From an uncultured candidate division Zixibacteria bacterium (lineage in GTDB: Bacteria; Zixibacteria; MSB-5A5; GN15; FEB-12): a stretch of 64,000 nucleotides of DNA. The position numbers and the translations under genes were made by a program. Every line of letters starts with the position of its first letter. Position 1 is the first letter of the stretch. The stretch is from contig OY760907.1 of the NCBI GenBank assembly GCA_963664195.1, positions 192,001-256,000 of the forward strand, written 5' to 3'. The notes beneath the pieces are model-generated. The model was given only the letters and a program-made list of their open reading frames with translations. It was not told the DNA's origin and searched no databases. Positions 58,601 through 64,000 of this stretch are shown one piece after another.

Positions 58601-59790
58601 CCCACGTCAATCAGCCTCTGACATTCACTCTTCAGAGTCAAGTATGCCTGCTCGGGACAATTCTGTTCCTTCAGGCCACGAACAAAAGTCAGGGTTGCTT
58701 CCAGAGGAGCCTCGGAAGAGAGTTGATCTGTCCCCGTAGCTTCGGCCAACAAGTTGTAGATGGCCAGAGTTTTGTCATCGCTAAGAGAAAGCCGCCAATA
58801 GTCTGCCTCACGGCTCACCGTGGCGGACTCCAGAAGTATCTCGAACACGTGAAAACCAACCGCTCGGCTTTCAGCCTGCACGGCAGCTATCCCCCTGATC
58901 ATCTCGTCACGGAGCCCCATGATCGAATTCGTCGTTCGCAGGAATTTGGTCAGTCCTTTCGCGGTCGCCAAGTCTTCTTTTGACGTAAACCGATAGCGAG
59001 ACAACAGTACCGCGGCCAGCACGTTCTTATGCTCGACGGCTGCAACTTCAGACCCTTCCGGAAAGAAGCGCCCCAGAGTGCTAACGAGAGATCGTGGTCG
59101 ACGAAGATAATCGTTCTGAGTCAGATCCTCAATCAGAGAACTCATGGCATCTCGACGTTGAGCGCCCACCTCACCGCTGGCCTCTTCCAGATAGTGCTTC
59201 AGCGACACGCCCAGCGAGTAGTTGTCCGATTGAACCACGATACGATCGTTTTCGGTGATTTCCGGCGCAACATGCTCCGGCGTACCAAAAATCTTCCCCT
59301 TCGGACTTGTCTTTGCGCGACTCAGGAAGTCCATGTCGATCATGACCACTTCGGGGATATCACCGGTTCTGTCAAACAGGAAGTTGCTGAGTTTGAGATC
59401 GCAGTGGACATACCCCAGCACATGAAGATAATCCGTAATACGGCATATTTGCTTGAACACGGAATCGAAGTATTTCCAGAATAGCGCGGGAGTCAACTCA
59501 GTCCACACCTCAGGATCAAGCCAGGGATACTCGACAATCAATCGGCCGCGTTCGGTGCGTCGACGGCGCGCCGTGATCACACTGTGCGAGCGAAGCGCGG
59601 TCTGCATGCGATAGGATTCGACAAGTAGAGACTTCGGATGTTCCTGATCCACCGAGGGATCGTCACTGGTGGTCTTCAGCAAACAGGGTTCATCACCGTC
59701 AAGACGTCGTCCGGCCCAGGTCCGGCACAGATTGTTCTCGGATATGTGTCTATCAAAGGAATAGAACTGAGATGTTGGTGTGCCTGCCAT
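55657..59790 (-). CDS. Ser/Thr kinase-like + TPR + GAF + sigma54 AAA+ activator + Fis HTH fusion
   Basis: HCDLKLSN, GTPEHVAPE, SDNYSLG; long TPR-like helical region; GAF (GAERGVLLL...SVVCVPL...GALYLD); GESGTGKE, ESELFG, LDEVGD, WPGNVRQL; NQSAAARKL HTH. Confidence 0.9.
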   Translation of the reverse strand: MAGTPTSQFYSFDRHISENNLCRTWAGRRLDGDEPCLLKTTSDDPSVDQEHPKSLLVESYRMQTALRSHSVITARRRRTERGRLIVEYPWLDPEVWTELTPALFWKYFDSVFKQICRITDYLHVLGYVHCDLKLSNFLFDRTGDIPEVVMIDMDFLSRAKTSPKGKIFGTPEHVAPEITENDRIVVQSDNYSLGVSLKHYLEEASGEVGAQRRDAMSSLIEDLTQNDYLRRPRSLVSTLGRFFPEGSEVAAVEHKNVLAAVLLSRYRFTSKEDLATAKGLTKFLRTTNSIMGLRDEMIRGIAAVQAESRAVGFHVFEILLESATVSREADYWRLSLSDDKTLAIYNLLAEATGTDQLSSEAPLEATLTFVRGLKEQNCPEQAYLTLKSECQRLIDVGHEETVLRRLSELARAMNRFVEVDDHLSRLLEIRQAAGADFAELLAELVEANVTLFRPERVKGLLDIGMTEGYLERTDEVGVDLRRNEGWALKIAGQKEEARKKYEEVLEEATGNRYHDLAIRTKYNIAGLHWRSSETAEAEKLLLECLDRAEKYDLPDRAVHAYCLLSAIYFYVADYGKSIEFAKLGVKLCVGDEHIRFLLYLQSILSSALTRLGEYSKAEYWLQRMQDLTLQAGSRSDLAVVSGGQAFLWLHQGMMNEARESLNTALELGENSVATKDQGYFRANLADLALRTGRMADCVFQADAARRLFMSAGDKGSMTEIDLLAYLNEATNGGLCEETATGELTGRLMDCRCRYFAVRSFFFDLLLSNDIPRDLVMEQGEAIRAVIEQTGPPLFYAVAVLLDFIEQNPKTEAIPAVVWKRVFTLLLNAGFRFQAMLVARKLARMYEEASQSTVARKFLQQALRLAEALDNQTQADLIKKEFEKLASRTEDHSRLIESFRGVSEILRDIGDYRGSMRSLVQFAVEQTGAERGVLLLKARDTSDLRVVASVNCDDDSLVDIQDFSSSIPRMSLAELSPMIVDDAVSDKRTRDYKSIVYHNIMSVVCVPLIDGEESLGALYLDHHTIPALFSRADISYIDSIANFISIALAAMQDHRTTGLKNLQLQYELAETGRTGAFITQDPVMTDLLGKLSRVARSSATVLLLGESGTGKEILSQQIHDQSLRNDRPLVKLNCAAIAETLVESELFGIADKTATGVRERDGKFSLADGGTLCLDEVGDMPLDVQAKVLRAVENQSFERVGSNRTVHTDIRFVFATNRDIQQMMKDRTFREDLYYRISTIEIEIPPLRNRPGDVPLLIEHFVQLLCTGTDAPKFSGGAIDVLTRYNWPGNVRQLKNFVERCRILHAGKTITPDSLPTEFRHLLNAKDVSSAADAAEAARIRSALEETGWNQSAAARKLRMSLGTLRRRIEKHGIKRSL

Positions 59791-60094
59791 AATCGATCCG
59801 TCTTAGCTCCCCGGTCGCCGTGAAGTCCCATTATTCTCTCCGCCACCTGTCCGTACAGTAATATAACCATGTTATCCGGGTCGCGAAACCCAAAAAAACT
59901 GCGTTTGACACGGTTCACACACGAATTTGATGATGGGAGTTGAAAAGAGGAGGCCGGGACAAGCTGTGGTAGAGGGGGGGAGAAACTACCAGCTTGACGC
60001 CTGCCCCAGTCCTCGTTCCATCAATCTATGGTGCCGGTTGATCAGACACAATCAGATAGCCGAGTCTCGCCTTTTCCATGCCCCATATCTGTGC

Positions 60095-60325
60095 TCACAC
60101 ACGGCGATTGCCCAGCAAGCGGGCGGGCAGCGTCAGAACGGCTTTCACCATATCCAAGAGACCGTCCACTGCCACCCCGAGCAGTTTGAACGGCAAGACC
60201 AGTAGCCAAACCAGTGGATAGAGCACCAGCGCCAGCAGTGCCAGCGGCCAACACAGAATGAACAGAATACACCAGAGCAGAAAACTAATCATGACGAGAT
60301 ATCCCAATGCCTGAGTCTGGCTCAT
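60095..60325 (-). CDS. Small hydrophobic membrane protein
   Basis: LLWCILFILCWPLALLALVLYPLVWLLVLPF; the start may be ATG 60292. Confidence 0.7.
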   Translation of the reverse strand: MSQTQALGYLVMISFLLWCILFILCWPLALLALVLYPLVWLLVLPFKLLGVAVDGLLDMVKAVLTLPARLLGNRRV

Positions 60326-60370
60326 TGTACGTGAATACCGTCGATTCGTTGCTGTATTTCGGACTCGGGG

Positions 60371-61777
60371 TCAATTGACCGTCGCCCAGGCCGCGGCCAT
60401 CCCGGCGTACAGGGCGGCCTGGAGGAGAAAAGGCCGTCGATTGTGACGTTCCATAGTCTCATAATCCAAACGGTTTTCCATGTACAGTTGGAGCGTCGAC
60501 ACGCGGATAACATCTCCGTACAAGCACTTCAGTTTCACGCCTACTTTGGCCTGTTGAAGGGCTTGAAATCCAACTAACAACTCGACCTCGTGAAATCCTT
60601 CCTGGCCGGTATGATACGAGTAGGTGAGCCGATCGAAGTCTGTATCGTATCCCAGACCGAGTTCCGCGCCAAAATCATTGACGTCGTATGACTGTCCCTC
60701 TTTCCGCGCTCTCATGAAAGTACCTTCGAGGCCACCGTACATGGAAAGGCCGTCGGTACTGCGGGTGAACGGATAGTGACGGACGCCCAGCGGCGTGAAC
60801 GAACCAATCGACGGGTTGGTGCCGCTAGAATCAAGGCCATCTACTTCCCCGAATACCTGGTACTGGGTCGACGGCGTGTAGTATAGGATACCGAAGTGTA
60901 TGCTGACGTTGTTGGAAATGCCTTCTTGCGACGGCAGGCCGCTTCGGTCAAAACTTTGCAGCCCGATCCCTCCGGCCATACCGAGGCCTTTCCCTTCTTC
61001 TTCGAAGCGGTACAGGCGAGTCATAGGGCGTGGCGGAACGACGCCGGCCCAGATCACATCGAGCGGTGGGGCAAGCTCTCGCTCTGCCTCGCCGTAGGCT
61101 TTGACGCAGTAGGCCTCGGGAAGAACGGTGCTGTTGAGCGGGAGAGTGAGTTGACCGTCTGCAGCGACCTCTCCCCCGCTTGCGTCGTCGGCACGATAGA
61201 CAACGAGGTCTGATTGGTACGGCGGGGGCTGATGTGCGCTGTCCGGCTCACAGTCTTGCCAGGTACACGGAACTGAGACGCGCCGAAGGCTATCAAGGGA
61301 AGTCACTTCCAATACAGAGTCAATGAACCACGGAGATTGGTTCAGACCAATCCTTGGACAAAACGGAGTTGGCTCCATTGTCAGAGCCTCATCGAAGAAC
61401 TCGCACCACCAGCAGTAGTTCATGTCCCGAAAATTCTCGGCAACGCTGTCAGGTGCGCGGGAAATCATGTCCCACCAAAACAAACCGAAGTCAAAACAAC
61501 AATCCGCATCACTGCTCAGGCTCCAATACAAGGAATCTCTGATCCGCGTCTCGGTCTCGTGAGTGACCAACCGGTAGTCACGCTCCGGCAGGAGTTGGAT
61601 TGCGATAGAATCGATGTGCTCAGCTTTGATATGAAGGTCGTAGTCGACCGTGACTGAGTTTCCCGTGGGGCGCAACTCGACGCTACCACGGAATTTTGGT
61701 TTGTGCGTGCTGCACCCGGCGGCCAGACCGCAGGCCATGCACAACGCTACCAATGCAGTGAACCCAATATGCCTCAT
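60371..61777 (-). CDS. Putative lipoprotein with C-terminal beta-barrel-like region
   Basis: Start ATG 61777 (MRHIGF...LAAGC lipobox); Cys-rich middle; strand-rich C-terminal half. Confidence 0.6.
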   Translation of the reverse strand: MRHIGFTALVALCMACGLAAGCSTHKPKFRGSVELRPTGNSVTVDYDLHIKAEHIDSIAIQLLPERDYRLVTHETETRIRDSLYWSLSSDADCCFDFGLFWWDMISRAPDSVAENFRDMNYCWWCEFFDEALTMEPTPFCPRIGLNQSPWFIDSVLEVTSLDSLRRVSVPCTWQDCEPDSAHQPPPYQSDLVVYRADDASGGEVAADGQLTLPLNSTVLPEAYCVKAYGEAERELAPPLDVIWAGVVPPRPMTRLYRFEEEGKGLGMAGGIGLQSFDRSGLPSQEGISNNVSIHFGILYYTPSTQYQVFGEVDGLDSSGTNPSIGSFTPLGVRHYPFTRSTDGLSMYGGLEGTFMRARKEGQSYDVNDFGAELGLGYDTDFDRLTYSYHTGQEGFHEVELLVGFQALQQAKVGVKLKCLYGDVIRVSTLQLYMENRLDYETMERHNRRPFLLQAALYAGMAAAWATVN

Positions 61778-61926
61778 TGACCGCCCTGTCCTCTGGAGTG
61801 AACACCTTGCGGTGTGTCTGTTATACACGTGGAGGGGCAGATCGACGATGATTCTGGAAATGTGGGACACTTCCGGGCCAAACAAGTTTGACCCGGCCAC
61901 CCGAACAGGGCGGGTTCGTCTTTGAA

Positions 61927-61995
61927 GGGGCACACGAGGACGTGTGCCGCTCACGGAACTCGGCCTTTCAAGGTACGCACAAGGACGTGTGCAGC
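61927..61995. repeat. Two REP-like hairpins in direct repeat
   Basis: GGCACACG-AGGA-CGTGTGCC(GCTCAC) and GTACGCAC-AAGGAC-GTGTGCA; the minus strand of the first reads GTGA-GCGGCACACGTCCTCGTGTGCC. Confidence 0.5.
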
Positions 61996-62019
61996 CCTGG
62001 GCGCTATCAGCCATCACAC

Positions 62020-62054
62020 AAAAAAACTCCCCCTGCAGCGAACCACAGGGGGAG
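62020..62054 (-). terminator. Rho-independent terminator after the DUF11/OmpA gene
   Basis: CTCCCCCTG-N10-CAGGGGGAG followed by T7 on the minus strand. Confidence 0.8.
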
Positions 62055-62075
62055 CGAAATGTCAGTCAATAAGAC

Positions 62076-64000
62076 CTACTGGAAGCGCACCTCGTTCGAG
62101 GTCTGCACAACCGGCAGATCCTGCGAGGTCTGCACCTCAATCGAAGCCGCACCACCACCGCTCGGCGTAGTGCCGTCGATGGCGCGGATGCGATAACGGA
62201 GTTCCAGCTTCTGATCCGGATCAATCGTCGGCAGCGTCAGGCTCAACGTTGAGCCGGCAGCCGTCGCGGCAATAGACTTGCCGTCGATTGTCGCGCTGTT
62301 GTCGAGATACTCCACGCCCTCCGGGAGAACGTCCGTCAGTACGGCGTTCTCGGCGGCCATGGCGCTGGTATTCTCAACCGTCAGGACAACTTCCCATGAA
62401 TCGTCGATATCGATCTCAATCGGCATAGCTGACGGCTCGAAGAGCGTGTCGAACTTGACCGGGTTGAGAGCCAGAGTGGTCGAGTTGGTCCACTCGGCGT
62501 CCGGGGCAACCGACGGCGCGAGGAAGCCGGCCACGCGGGCCTCAATGATGACTTCCGTACGACGGTTCGGCTGCAGTTCTTCCGAGGTTGTTCCGCTGGT
62601 CACCACCGGGACAGTAGCCGCAAAGCTCTCGTAAGCCAGACGGTCACGCTCGATACCGCGATTCTCCACCAGCCAGTTGACCACCGCCTTCGCACGACCC
62701 TCGCCGAGTTCCCAGTTCGACGGGAACTTCTCGGTGTGGATCGGACGGTAATCGGTGTGTCCGTTGACCTTGATCTTCGCATCGGCATACTTCAGGATCG
62801 AGTCGGCCACCGCGTGGAGCTGCGGAATCGCGGGTTCCTGCAGGTCGTCCATGCTCGTTATGAACAGGGCCGGAGTCAACGTGACGTTGACATCCTGCGG
62901 CGGAGCCAGGAGGAACGGACCGGCAGCTACTTCGGCAGGTGCCGAGACTTCCGGAGCCGCGTTACCGGCATCGACCACATCACCTTCGAGATGCACCTTA
63001 TTGCTGAGGAAACGACGCACTCCCGGAGTGAGATCCTTCAGTGAGTAGTAAACCGACTTCTGGAGTCGTTCCTGCGCCGCGGTGATTTCGTACACAAGCT
63101 GAGTGCCGTTTTTGGTCGGTTTCAGGGTCTGCGATTCGTCGAGGATCACGCGGGTATCGACCGGGAAGGAGTCAACCACGCGGATCTGGGTCGGATCGGC
63201 AAGACCGTTGGAGGTTATGTCAATCTGGTAATCCATCAGGACACCGAGGCTGTCAACCGCCTGCTCAGGATGCACCTTCGCAGTCTTGGTCACCTTCACA
63301 GCCGGTACAATCGAAGCTTTCTTCATAATATCAAGCTGCGGGTATTCCGGACAGACTCTAAATATGATGTACGACTCACCCGTCTCATGAACGTGAGCGA
63401 ACACCGAAGACTGAGCGCCTTCAGGGATGTAGTAACCGTCGAGATCACGCTCGTCGAGCGCAACGACGCGTTCACCAGCTCTGACGGTGCTGAAATAGAA
63501 CATGCCCTTGTTGTTCACCTTGGACTGTGAACCGTCGTCAAGGAAGACATCCATGCCGACCGGGCCTTCGTCCATATCCGCGATGCCGTCACCGTCGCAA
63601 TCGACCACGACCTTACCGCGAATCGAACCGGAGAGGGTGCTGCCAAGCACATAGATCTCAGCCGTTGCCCGGTTGGAATGTACGGCCAGACCACCCTGAG
63701 TAGCCCGTGAACGAGCGACGTTTACCTGGCGACCGACACTCGCTGAAACGCCCACAAGAGCGGTGTACTCAACGGTGAACGTGCCGGATGCCGGCAGATC
63801 GGTCAGCGACCATTCGTACGGATTGTCACCGGTCGGATCATCGATGCTCGCACCGTTGAGCAGACTGGTTCCGTCGATCGGGAAGAGTCCGTGCGGCATC
63901 GTATCGACGAGAATCACGTCGTCAAGGGTCGCGGCTGAGAAGTTCTCGATGGTAACGGTGAACTTGATCAGGTCACCGATCATGCCGCTCGGCTTGCTGG
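62076..64000 (-). CDS. Large DUF11-repeat / SdrD-B-like / OmpA(MotB)-like surface protein (5' end outside window)
   Basis: GDLIKFTVTIEN..LVDTMP DUF11 repeats; GHTD.RPI...FPSNWELGEGRA...NRRTEV peptidoglycan-binding domain; frame open to the window edge. Confidence 0.82.
   Translation of the reverse strand, partial: SKPSGMIGDLIKFTVTIENFSAATLDDVILVDTMPHGLFPIDGTSLLNGASIDDPTGDNPYEWSLTDLPASGTFTVEYTALVGVSASVGRQVNVARSRATQGGLAVHSNRATAEIYVLGSTLSGSIRGKVVVDCDGDGIADMDEGPVGMDVFLDDGSQSKVNNKGMFYFSTVRAGERVVALDERDLDGYYIPEGAQSSVFAHVHETGESYIIFRVCPEYPQLDIMKKASIVPAVKVTKTAKVHPEQAVDSLGVLMDYQIDITSNGLADPTQIRVVDSFPVDTRVILDESQTLKPTKNGTQLVYEITAAQERLQKSVYYSLKDLTPGVRRFLSNKVHLEGDVVDAGNAAPEVSAPAEVAAGPFLLAPPQDVNVTLTPALFITSMDDLQEPAIPQLHAVADSILKYADAKIKVNGHTDYRPIHTEKFPSNWELGEGRAKAVVNWLVENRGIERDRLAYESFAATVPVVTSGTTSEELQPNRRTEVIIEARVAGFLAPSVAPDAEWTNSTTLALNPVKFDTLFEPSAMPIEIDIDDSWEVVLTVENTSAMAAENAVLTDVLPEGVEYLDNSATIDGKSIAATAAGSTLSLTLPTIDPDQKLELRYRIRAIDGTTPSGGGAASIEVQTSQDLPVVQTSNEVRFQ

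Noticed and set aside
62560..62850. MotB-like motif (FPSNWEL...RA) as the missing flagellar stator
   Set aside because: It is an OmpA/MotB peptidoglycan-binding domain inside a large DUF11-repeat surface protein, with no MotB TM segment visible and no motA partner.
1..64000. tRNA, rRNA, riboswitch, integrase or transposase genes
   Set aside because: None recognised by eye in the intergenic regions or ORFs; tRNAscan-SE and Rfam searches would be needed to exclude small RNAs.

Overview
A 64-kb chromosomal window from a GC-rich, diderm bacterium. It is probably candidate phylum Zixibacteria or a related FCB-affiliated lineage; this is inferred only from the Cys-flanked duplicated dockerin tails, the C25 peptidase and the T9SS-type C-terminal domain. 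Almost all genes are on the minus strand. Positions 1-22.3 kb hold a large flagellar operon: MotE-like gene, fliK, flgD, flgE, flbD, fliLMNOPQR, flhBAFG, fliA, then DUF2225, three tandem PilZ proteins and a GAF sensor. It is preceded by sigma54 promoters that share a paired enhancer motif. Positions 22.6-48.3 kb are mostly housekeeping (mtaB, dus, rpsA, plsC, cmk, holA, dgt, rnr). They also contain an ECF/anti-sigma/PspC envelope-stress module, a degenerate RNase H-fold gene, a SBBP-TSP3-dockerin surface protein and a T9SS-like barrel/cargo trio. Positions 48.5-64 kb are accessory: a ZU5/HFS lipoprotein split by one in-frame TAG, a gingipain-like C25 protease with a dockerin tail, and a partial DUF11/OmpA protein. 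The top candidate for an undescribed system is a three-gene cassette: a kinase-TPR-GAF-sigma54 activator, a small exported peptide with a sigma54-like promoter, and an HTH-WYL-like regulator. REP-like hairpin doublets and a 185-bp MITE-like element with a 4-bp target-site duplication lie in intergenic DNA. I saw no tRNA, rRNA or CRISPR array by eye. All calls rest on motif recognition without database searches.
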